Of a stretch of DNA of 32,448 bases, positions 8,386-17,900 are shown piece after piece. The notes beneath the pieces were generated by a model, which saw only the letters and a program-made list of their open reading frames with translations, was not told the origin of the DNA and ran no database searches. The DNA comes from a virus (Duplodnaviria > Caudoviricetes). Made by a program: the position numbers and the translations under genes. Within the stretch, counting starts at the first letter, position 1, and each line of letters starts with the position of its first letter. The stretch spans positions 1-32,448 of IMG/VR virus record IMGVR_UViG_3300046779_000163; one strand, given 5' to 3'.

Positions 8386-10209
8386 ATGGCAGAAATAATA
8401 GGTTTAGAAGTCTTTTTAGGTATGGATGCAAAGCAGTTACAAGCTGAACTGCAAAAGTCTGAAAATCAATTACGACAATTCCAAACTCAACTTAAGAAAT
8501 CTACTGATACTGCACAAATCGGTAGACTACAACAAAGTATTGGTAATCTAAATGCTACGATAGGGAATATTAATACTGCCATGACTGGTGTTGCTAAAAA
8601 GTCTGGTGATGCTACTCAATCTTTAATTGGCTTATCAAGAGTTGCACAAGATGCTCCTTATGGTTTTATTGGTATTGCCAACAACATTAACCCTTTACTT
8701 GAGTCATTTCAAAGATTACAAAAAGAGACTGGGTCTACTGGTTCTGCAATTAAATCATTAATAGGTGGCTTAACTGGTCCAGCTGGTATTGGTTTAGCAG
8801 TTGGTGTGGTTTCCTCTTTACTTGTTGCGTATTCAAACGAAATAGCTAATTTCTTTGCCAGTCCTACTGAAAAACTAAAGAAGTTTAGAGAGGAACTTAA
8901 TAAGTTAAATCAAGATATATATAAAGTAGTAGGAGAGGCACAAGCAAATAGAGCAATAGGATTAAATCTTGTTAATGTTATTACTGGTGGTGATACTAAA
9001 AAGGCTGAGACTGCTTTAGCTAAATTAAAAGAATTATACAAGGATAATGCTGATATACAAAATGCTAAAATAGGTAATGATAAAAAATTCTATACCCATT
9101 TAGTTAATATGGCTTCATTGCAAGAGGCGGCAGTTGGTAAAGAAAAGAATAGTGCTGACCAATTAAAACTTGCTTATGCAGAATATAAAAAATTAGAAGC
9201 CGAAAGAAACACAAAATTAAAGGCTGCTGAAGGCTTAGGTGCAGTTTTTGGATTTAGTAAAAAAGAAATGGTTGAAACCGAAAAGCAATCAATCAATCTT
9301 AAATACGAAAAATTACTTCAACCAATTAGAGAGCAAATACAAAGAGCAAAAGGATTAAATGCTGAATTTGTAGATGCAGTTACTGATTTTAGAGAGGTTG
9401 ATAAAAAGAAAGGTAAAGGTGGTGATGCTTTTGCTCAAGCAGTAAGAGAGGAAAATAAGCAACTTAGCTTAGAGATGTTTAAGCGTAAGCAAATGCTTGA
9501 TAAGCTAAAAGAGATTTCAGCACCAATATTAATGCAAAAGCCAGAAGACAAGGCTAAAGCTGAAAAACAAAGATTAGCTGGTATCAAGTTATTTGGTGAG
9601 TCTAAAATGACTGGAGATTTAGGTGAGTCATTAAAAGGTAAAACAAGTGCATTTTATGAGGAAACAAAAAAAGACAATGAAGAGAAAGCATTAAATATAC
9701 AGTTAACAAAGCAACAAACTGAAGCTAATTTAGAATTAGCGAGTACATTAACAAACTATGCAGCAAACTCATTTATGAATTTATGGTCATCAATGGAGCA
9801 AGGCATGAGTTTGGGTGAGGCTTTAGGAAATATGTTTATGGACTTAGCTAAACAAATTGCAGCGGCTGCATTAAAGGCTTTAGCCTTCCAAGCAATATTA
9901 TCATTAATTCCGGGTGCGGGTGGAGCAGCAGCTACTACTGGGGGATTTGGAGCATTATTTAAAGGTTTCTTAGGTCTTGCATCTGGTGGTGTTGTAACAA
10001 GACCTACATTAGCAATGGTAGGAGAGGGCAACGAAAGCGAGGCAGTAATGCCATTAAGTAAATTAAGCGGTATGTTACAAACTACTTTTAATGCTGGTAC
10101 AATGGCATCAAGAGGTGGTGGCGGTACTGGAGAGTTTATTTTAAGAGGAAGTGATTTAGTATTGGCAACTCAAAGAGCAAACAATAATTTAAAATATAGA
10201 AGAGGCTAA
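8386..10209 (+). CDS. Tape measure protein
   Basis: Helical Ala/Gly/Leu-rich sequence, QDAPYGFIGIANNI, C-terminal LASGGVV..PTLAMVGE...EAVMPL. Confidence 0.9.
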   Translation: MAEIIGLEVFLGMDAKQLQAELQKSENQLRQFQTQLKKSTDTAQIGRLQQSIGNLNATIGNINTAMTGVAKKSGDATQSLIGLSRVAQDAPYGFIGIANNINPLLESFQRLQKETGSTGSAIKSLIGGLTGPAGIGLAVGVVSSLLVAYSNEIANFFASPTEKLKKFREELNKLNQDIYKVVGEAQANRAIGLNLVNVITGGDTKKAETALAKLKELYKDNADIQNAKIGNDKKFYTHLVNMASLQEAAVGKEKNSADQLKLAYAEYKKLEAERNTKLKAAEGLGAVFGFSKKEMVETEKQSINLKYEKLLQPIREQIQRAKGLNAEFVDAVTDFREVDKKKGKGGDAFAQAVREENKQLSLEMFKRKQMLDKLKEISAPILMQKPEDKAKAEKQRLAGIKLFGESKMTGDLGESLKGKTSAFYEETKKDNEEKALNIQLTKQQTEANLELASTLTNYAANSFMNLWSSMEQGMSLGEALGNMFMDLAKQIAAAALKALAFQAILSLIPGAGGAAATTGGFGALFKGFLGLASGGVVTRPTLAMVGEGNESEAVMPLSKLSGMLQTTFNAGTMASRGGGGTGEFILRGSDLVLATQRANNNLKYRRG

Positions 10210-12149
10210 TGGCATACGGACAAAAATACCAAGCTACATTTGCGACAAGAGCAGATAAAAATATCTTGCTTAAAATATATCAAGATGGGTATGTTGGCTC
10301 TGTAATTACATTACAAGGAGTAGATGTAAGTTTACAATACTTGCCTACTTCCGATGACCCATTTGAGCCTATATTATCAAGTCAATTAAATATATCATTA
10401 GATTTTACAGACCAGTTAAATAATATTATTGATTTTACAAATATCAATGATAGGTACAATTATGTAGAATTATACATAAACAATGTAAAAAACTGGGCAG
10501 GATTTATTATTAGTGATAATGTACAAATATCTTATTCTACCGGAAATAAAATATTATTCTTTAATGCTACCGATGGTTTAGCAATGTTAAAGTATATTCC
10601 TTATGAACCACAAAGTACATGGTCTGGTATAAATGAGGCAGTAGAATTAACAAGACTTATTAGAACATCTTTATTAAAAATTGAGTTAAAAGATAATCTT
10701 AATTATATAACGATGTGTTCATACTATGCTAATGGCATGTCAAATAGAAGCGTAGATAGTTGGAGAGATACATTTGCTCAAACTTATATTAATTACAGAG
10801 CATTCTTAAAAGATGAAAATACATTTATCTCTGCTTATGATGTGTTATATAATATAGCTAAGTCTTTTGGATGTAGAATATTCCAAGCTAAAGGTAAGTG
10901 GTGGATTGTATCAATTAATGAATTTGCAGATACAAACGCATATTATACAGAATATAACGGAACTACTGGATTAAGAGTTAATAATGGAGATGGAAATAGA
11001 ATTAATACATCAAGCATTATAGAGGCTTTTGAAGATAACACAAGCGGGTTATATTTTATCAATAATAGCCAGTTTAAAATATTAAGAAAAGGATTTTATA
11101 AGATTATAGCAGAAGGTGATATTACAGTATCTAAAAATTATATCAGCAATGGTAATTTAGAATTAAACGATGGTACTGATGCTACATTCTGGGTAAGAAA
11201 TGCAAGTGGTGGTTCATCTGTAACATTGCAACAAAATACTACTTATGATTATTACTATTTTGAGTTAGTGCATGTTGCGACTCCGGGTGCGGATTTATGT
11301 TCTGTTGAAATAGCAGATTATTCAAGACCTTATGTGTCTATTTACGATTCATTAAAATTAAGCATATTAATAAATGCTCCATCTACAACTGCAATTATAG
11401 GGAATATAGAAATTAGCATAGTAGGTGATAGTTCAACATATTATTTGAATAGTAGCAAAGAATGGGTTACGACTGCCTCAAGTTATGCAGTTTACAACCC
11501 AAAAACTACTGGTGCTGCTGAGGCATTTACTTTAGATTTAACTTCTGCTCCATTCCCTATAAATGGTAGAATGAGTTTTAAATATACTTTAGGTGATGGT
11601 GCGGTAGATTTTATTACACTAACAAACTTTGTATTACAAATTAAATCTACTTTATCTGATTATAATTTAACTGGCACAATAACAGAAACAGAGCAATATT
11701 CAAACACGGTAGAATTTCCTATCGGAACTAATGGAAGTGCTGATTACTACCCAAGTGCTAATGGTTCTTTGCTTTTAAGTAATAACACAATTGCTACTGG
11801 TTGGTATAGATATGGTATAGATACTCCTAATGCTTTTGCTACAATGGCTGAATTAATGATACAACAGTATATTAATATTTATGGTCAAAACATAATAAAC
11901 ATTGATTGCGAATTAAGCAGTTTTTATACTGGTAATACAAGTTATCCAACATTTGATGCATCAAAGCTATTATTTGCTGATGATACAGACCCAGCAAGTA
12001 TTAATGTTAGCACAAAGTCTTATATGCTTGGTAATTCTACAATTACATATCCAAGCAACCAGATACAAGCAACTTTATTACAAATTAGCAACGAGGAAAT
12101 AGAATGCACAAGAGTAAATAAATACGGCAACCAATCAAGTAGCTTTTAA
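10209..12149 (+). CDS. Distal tail / hub-like structural protein
   Basis: Follows the tape measure; 646 aa, beta-rich; ATDGLAMLK and FGCRIFQAKGKWWI. Confidence 0.65.
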   Translation: MAYGQKYQATFATRADKNILLKIYQDGYVGSVITLQGVDVSLQYLPTSDDPFEPILSSQLNISLDFTDQLNNIIDFTNINDRYNYVELYINNVKNWAGFIISDNVQISYSTGNKILFFNATDGLAMLKYIPYEPQSTWSGINEAVELTRLIRTSLLKIELKDNLNYITMCSYYANGMSNRSVDSWRDTFAQTYINYRAFLKDENTFISAYDVLYNIAKSFGCRIFQAKGKWWIVSINEFADTNAYYTEYNGTTGLRVNNGDGNRINTSSIIEAFEDNTSGLYFINNSQFKILRKGFYKIIAEGDITVSKNYISNGNLELNDGTDATFWVRNASGGSSVTLQQNTTYDYYYFELVHVATPGADLCSVEIADYSRPYVSIYDSLKLSILINAPSTTAIIGNIEISIVGDSSTYYLNSSKEWVTTASSYAVYNPKTTGAAEAFTLDLTSAPFPINGRMSFKYTLGDGAVDFITLTNFVLQIKSTLSDYNLTGTITETEQYSNTVEFPIGTNGSADYYPSANGSLLLSNNTIATGWYRYGIDTPNAFATMAELMIQQYINIYGQNIINIDCELSSFYTGNTSYPTFDASKLLFADDTDPASINVSTKSYMLGNSTITYPSNQIQATLLQISNEEIECTRVNKYGNQSSSF

Positions 12150-12158
12150 TAAATAAAT

Positions 12159-12166
12159 TAACTTTG
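12159..12166 (+). promoter_or_regulatory. -7 promoter box TAACTTTG, 4 nt before the ATG
   Basis: TAACTTTG-agtt-ATG(12171). Confidence 0.6.
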
Positions 12167-12170
12167 AGTT

Positions 12171-12860
12171 ATGGCAGTAATAGGAAATAATATCATACTT
12201 TATAAAAGAAATACATCGGTTGACCCATATGAGGATATACCGTTTGCATGTTCTACTAATTGTACATTTAGCGTAAATGTTGAGCAATTAGAGGTAACAT
12301 CTCAAAGTTCTGCTTGGTTTAGAGAATATAAAAACGATGTAGCAAGTTGGCAAGTAAGTTGTGAAGGATTAGTAGTTTTGAATAATCAATATAACTATTT
12401 AGCATTATTAGATTTACAATTAGACAGAACTCCTATAATCATTGATTTTGCAATTGATAATGGAGTTGACGGATTAGTAGTTATTAGTGGAACTTGTAAT
12501 CTTACAAGTTTACAATTAAACGCACCTTATAAAGATGTGGCGACATATAGTGTAACACTTCAAGGTAGTGGTGCTTATGGGGTTGCTGGTACACAAATTA
12601 CTCCGGGTGGGATAATCATTAGAGAGGGTCAAGTTTACAATAAACAATATACTGCAACTGGTGGTGAAACAACTATTACTTGGGCAGACATGATTGGCAA
12701 AGAGTGTATTTATGTATCAAGAGGTGGATTAGATGTAAGAAATATTATTACAAGCGGTTCTCCAACAAGTGAACAAGTAAAATTTGATACATTAACTGGA
12801 GTTGTAACATTTGGCAGAGCATTAGAAGCTGATGAATTTGTAAGAGGTTTATTTAATTAA
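12171..12860 (+). CDS. Second tail-tube-like protein with a C-terminal extension
   Basis: FACSTNCTFSVNVEQLEVTS, SWQVSCEGL and YSVTLQGSG resemble the major tail protein pattern. Confidence 0.65.
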   Translation: MAVIGNNIILYKRNTSVDPYEDIPFACSTNCTFSVNVEQLEVTSQSSAWFREYKNDVASWQVSCEGLVVLNNQYNYLALLDLQLDRTPIIIDFAIDNGVDGLVVISGTCNLTSLQLNAPYKDVATYSVTLQGSGAYGVAGTQITPGGIIIREGQVYNKQYTATGGETTITWADMIGKECIYVSRGGLDVRNIITSGSPTSEQVKFDTLTGVVTFGRALEADEFVRGLFN

Positions 12861-12862
12861 TT

Positions 12863-14107
12863 ATGGCACATCAATTACAAGTAACTGGGTCTGCAAGTCT
12901 TGCCTTTATGGGTGGTTCTGGTAATGTAATTACTGGAGCAGATAATTTAGGAGACTTATTTAAAATATCTATTGGAAGCGGGTTAACTTTAACTGGTACA
13001 ACTTTATCTGCATCTGGTGGTACTGCTTTGTCATTAACTACAATTGGTACAAGCGGTGCGGCAACTTATAATAGTACAACCGGAGTTTTAAATATTCCAA
13101 TATATTCAAGTGGGGCTGGTGCAGTTACTTCTGTTTTTGGTCGTACTGGAGCAATCGTTGCAACTGCCGGTGATTATAATACAGATTTAGTTACTGAGGG
13201 TTCAACAAATTTATATTACACAAATGCAAGAGCAAGGGCGGCATTAAGTGCAAATACTGGTTCTGCATTGACATATAATAGTTCAACTGGTAGATTTACT
13301 TTAAACGCTGCTGACGGTGGCGTTCCGGGATATGTTACGACAACTGATTATAACTACTGGGATAGTAAACAAGATTCTTTAGGAACTGGCACAACAAGTC
13401 AATATTTAAGAGGTGATTTAGTTTGGGCAGCACCTCCAGCACCAGATTTAAACGATTTAGGTGATGTAGGTATTACAAGTCCTACTAATGGTCAGTTACT
13501 TAGATACCAATTAGGTACATGGGTTAACTTCACTCCTACTTATGTAGCAGCTGGTTATTTTTCAGCTACTGCTCCTTTATCATATAATAGTGGGACTGGG
13601 GTATTTAGTATTAGCCAAGCTGGAACTGGCTCAAATGGTTATTTATCAAGTACAGATTTTAATACATTTAACGGTAAGCAAAACCAACTAAATGGAACTG
13701 GCTTTGTAAAAGTTAGTGGCACAAGCGTATCATACGACAATAGCACATATTTAACAACTTCATCTGCTGCAAGTACATACTTACCCTTGACTGGTGGTAC
13801 ATTATCTGGTACTTTAACGGCAACTGGCTTCTTTGAGTCATCGGACAAACGCCTTAAAAAACAAATAGAGGCTAATTACGCCCCTCAAAGCGTTCAAGAT
13901 ATACAAACATACCTTTACGAGAAAGACGGCAAAATTGAGGCTGGATATTACGCACAAGAGGTACAAAAGATTATGCCTTATGCAGTAACCGAAGGTAAAG
14001 ACGGTTTTTTAGCGGTTGCATACAATCAAGTTTTAGTATCTAAGGTTCAATATTTAGAAAATGAATTAAAAGCATTAAAGAATGAGTTGGGCAAGTATAG
14101 CAAGTAA
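12863..14107 (+). CDS. Short tail fibre with C-terminal peptidase S74-like chaperone
   Basis: Gly/Thr/Ser-rich repeats; SSDKRLK, GYYAQEV..IMPYAV, terminal coiled coil. Confidence 0.85.
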   Translation: MAHQLQVTGSASLAFMGGSGNVITGADNLGDLFKISIGSGLTLTGTTLSASGGTALSLTTIGTSGAATYNSTTGVLNIPIYSSGAGAVTSVFGRTGAIVATAGDYNTDLVTEGSTNLYYTNARARAALSANTGSALTYNSSTGRFTLNAADGGVPGYVTTTDYNYWDSKQDSLGTGTTSQYLRGDLVWAAPPAPDLNDLGDVGITSPTNGQLLRYQLGTWVNFTPTYVAAGYFSATAPLSYNSGTGVFSISQAGTGSNGYLSSTDFNTFNGKQNQLNGTGFVKVSGTSVSYDNSTYLTTSSAASTYLPLTGGTLSGTLTATGFFESSDKRLKKQIEANYAPQSVQDIQTYLYEKDGKIEAGYYAQEVQKIMPYAVTEGKDGFLAVAYNQVLVSKVQYLENELKALKNELGKYSK

Positions 14108-14573
14108 TCAATGTATTAGCTGGGATAATTTAAAAGATGCAGTAGCTACTGGCGTGTTTATGGGAGCAGAGGCGGCAGTTCCTCCGGGTTCAAAACAGAT
14201 AACAAGAGCCGAAGCAGAGCAATATGCAGTTATTAATCCTATTACTTCTAAAGCATCAAATCAGTTACCAGTTAAATCTGACCTTACTTCATTAAGTGGA
14301 GTTTATAAATGGAACATATCAGACAATGGTGATACATCTACAAATGCTTGTTCATTATATTTAGACCCAAATACAATAGCATGGACAAATGTTGCTACTC
14401 CAGTTGTAGGTACTGTTTTTTATGCTAACTACACACTAACTACAATATTCCCAATGACTTCATATACTGGATTATTTTTACATTATCGAGCTTTCGGTAA
14501 TACTGGAGCTGGATTTAGAGCAAGATTTAACTTAGGTACATCTTCTATAAACGGTTTAATAGTTGCTTGTTAG
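14082..14573 (+). CDS. Hypothetical tail-associated protein
   Basis: Long ORF within the tail module. Confidence 0.6.
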   Translation: MSWASIASNQCISWDNLKDAVATGVFMGAEAAVPPGSKQITRAEAEQYAVINPITSKASNQLPVKSDLTSLSGVYKWNISDNGDTSTNACSLYLDPNTIAWTNVATPVVGTVFYANYTLTTIFPMTSYTGLFLHYRAFGNTGAGFRARFNLGTSSINGLIVAC

Positions 14574-14591
14574 TATATAGACTTAAATTAG

Positions 14592-14599
14592 TAAATTTG
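14592..14599 (+). promoter_or_regulatory. -7 promoter box TAAATTTG
   Basis: Intergenic TAnnTTTG. Confidence 0.55.
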
Positions 14600-14615
14600 T
14601 AAAAATATCTTTTTT

Positions 14616-14981
14616 ATGTCTTGTAATAATAGTGCTGACTTAAGACCAGCAACATATAATATCCAAATCTGGAAAAATGATAACTGGGCTCAAACTTTTG
14701 CTTTAACTGCAAATACTGAGCCTATTGATTTGTCTGGTGCTTATTGTGAAATACAAATCAGACCAAGCATAAAATCTACTACTGTTTCCGCAACTTTAGA
14801 TAGTGATGGCAACGGAATTACAATAGGTGGGATTGATAATAACTTAATCACTATTGATTATCCTATTACAATAGATGCCGGTAATTATGTATATGACATG
14901 ACAGTAGTATTTCCGGGAGACTTTACTAAAACTTACATTTGGGGAACTTTCGTAGTTTATCAAGATATAACACAAATCTAA
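14616..14981 (+). CDS. Small beta-sandwich tail/baseplate adaptor (BppU-N-like)
   Basis: PIDLSGA...QIR and AGNYVYDM....TYIWG; directly precedes the long fibre. Confidence 0.6.
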   Translation: MSCNNSADLRPATYNIQIWKNDNWAQTFALTANTEPIDLSGAYCEIQIRPSIKSTTVSATLDSDGNGITIGGIDNNLITIDYPITIDAGNYVYDMTVVFPGDFTKTYIWGTFVVYQDITQI

Positions 14982-17900
14982 TGAGCACAGAAATAACAAT
15001 AAATCAAGACCGAATAGACATTAATGTAGATACTTCAGTAATTACAATTGAGTCTCCGCAAGGTGGCTATCCTTTACCTAATAATGTTTATTCAGTATTT
15101 GGTAGGGTTGGTAATGTAGTAGCTGAGGAGGGAGATTATGATTTAACACAATTAGGAGATGTTACTATTACTGGTCCTTTAACTGGTCAATCTTTAATCT
15201 ATAATGGAACAAGCTGGGTAAATAGTACAGAGACTTACACTGGTACTGTTACATCGGTAGCTATGACTACTCCAACTGGTTTAACTGTAACTGGTAGTCC
15301 TATTACTACTTCTGGTACTTTAGCTTTAGCTTTAGCAACTGGATATTCAATACCTACAACTGCATCTCAAGCTACTTGGGATTCAGCATATAATGACAAG
15401 ATAAATAGTGCTGCCGTAACTGGAACTACTACTAAGACTTTAACTCTTAACCAACAAGACGGAGGTACAATTACTGCTACATGGTCAGATTATGATACTG
15501 CTCCAGTTACATCGGTTTTCGGTAGAACTGGTGCTATTACTGCTCAAAGTGGAGACTATAATACCTTACAAGTTACAGAGAATACTAACTTATACTTTAC
15601 AGAGCAAAGAGCAAGATATTCTATTAGCGGAGATGCTACTTCTGGAGTGGTATACCAAAATACAACTGGTATTATCGCTTTAGACGATATACCAAATACA
15701 AGTTTATTGCACGATTCAGTTACAATTAATAGTAAAACAGTTGCATTAGGTGCATCTACTACTTTAACTACTACTGACATCGGTGAGGGGACTAATTTAT
15801 ATTTTACGACTGCAAGAGCACAAGCTGCAATAAGTGGCACTGCTCCTATCAGCGTAGCAAGTGGCGTAGTTTCTATTAGTCAATCTGGTCCATCTACAAA
15901 TGGTTATTTAAGTTCGGCTGACTGGAACACATTTAATACAAAGCAATCAGCTTTAACATTAGGAGATTTAACTTCAAGTGATATTACTGTAACTGGTGGA
16001 ACTGGTGCAGTTGTAGGTTCTGGTTCTACATTGACTTTAGCAACGGTTAATAGCAATGTGGGGACTTATGGCTCGTCTATTGCTATTCCAGTAATTACAG
16101 TAAATGCAAAAGGTTTAACTACGGCAGTTTCTACTGTTGCGGTTTCTATTCCTTCGGGTTCTTTAAGTTTTATAGGTGATGTAACTGGTACTGGTAGCAC
16201 TGGTTCAGATACTACTTTAACTTTAGCTACTGTAAACTCTAATATAGGAGAGTTTGGTGATTCGGTTACTGTTCCTACTTTTACTGTAAACGCAAAAGGA
16301 TTAATAACGGCTGCAAGTGAGAATGCTATTCCAACTGCTACATCAAGTGTAACTGGTTTATTGACTTCTACTGATTGGAGTACATTTAATGCAAAACAAG
16401 CACAATTAAACGGAACTGGATTTGTTAAAGTAAGTGGAACGACTGTTTCTTACGATAACTCAACATATTTAACAACTATTGAAGGCATAGCAGCTGGTGG
16501 TGAATTAAGCGGAACTTATGCCTCACCTTCTTTAGTAAACTCTGCCGTAACTGGCAAGGTTTTAACTGGATTAAATGTAACTGGTGGAACAGTTACTGCT
16601 ACTGATTCTATCTTAGATGCATTTGGTAAAGTACAAAACCAAATCAACGGATTAATAGGAGGCTCACAATATCAAGGTACTTGGAATGCATCAACAAACA
16701 CTCCAGCTTTAGCAAGTGGTGTGGGAACTAAAGGTTATTACTACATAGTTAGTGTGGCTGGTTCTACTAACTTAGATGGTATTACTGATTGGAATTTGGG
16801 AGACTGGGCAATCTACGATGGTACGGCTTGGCAACAAGTAGATAACACAGATGCCGTTGTAAGCGTAAACGGATTTACTGGTGCGGTTTCTTTGACTACA
16901 TCAAACATTGCAGAGGGTACAAACGAATACTTCACAACTGCAAGAGCAAGACAAAGTGTAAGTGCTGGAACTGGTATAAGCTATGATAACTCAACTGGAG
17001 TTATTACGAATAGTGCACCAGACCAGACTGTGAGCTTAACTGCATCAACTGGTATTTCTACAAGTGGTTTTTACCCTAACTTTACAATTACTAACACTGC
17101 TCCAGACCAAACAGTAAGTTTAACTGGTGGTACTGGAATTAGTGCAACTGGAACATACCCTAATTTCACAATAACAAATACTGCACCTGACCAGACTGTG
17201 TCTTTAACTGGTGCTGGTGGAACTTCAATAACTGGAACATATCCTAATTTTACTATTACAAGTTCAGTAGGAACTGGAACTGTAACAAGTGTTGGTTTAA
17301 CTAATTCTGGTGATGCTTTAAGTATTACTGGTTCTCCAATTACATCAAGCGGAACATTTAACATAGGATTCTTAGGAACTGGTGCTCAATACATAAAAGG
17401 TGATGGTACATTAGCTGCTTTCCCTACTACAATAGACCAAGCTAAAAAATTAGTTACAGAGGTTTATAATGCTACTGGTGCAACTTTAACAAAGGGTACA
17501 GTAGTTTATATTAATGGAGGTCAAGGTAACTTACCAACTGTTACTAAGGCTTTAGCAAGTGCTGATAATACTTCTGCTCAAACATACGGAGTAGTACAAT
17601 CAGACATTACAAACAATAACAATGGATTTGTAGTAGTAATAGGTTCTTTAAATGATATTGATACATCTGCTTATGCAAGTGGAACTCAATTATATTTAAG
17701 TGGTACAACTGCTGGTGAATGGACTTCTACAAAGCCTTATGCACCTATACATTTAGTGTATGTAGGTATCGTAGTAAGAAGCCATCCAACTCAAGGAGTA
17801 GTTGAGATTAGAATACAAAACGGATATGAGTTAGAAGAGTTACACGATGTATCTGCGCAAAGTCCATCTAACGGTGATATTTTACAATATGTTTCAAGCA

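Noticed and set aside
15492-15683. Nested + strand ORF in the long fibre
   Set aside because: Alternative-frame by-product of the repetitive coding sequence.
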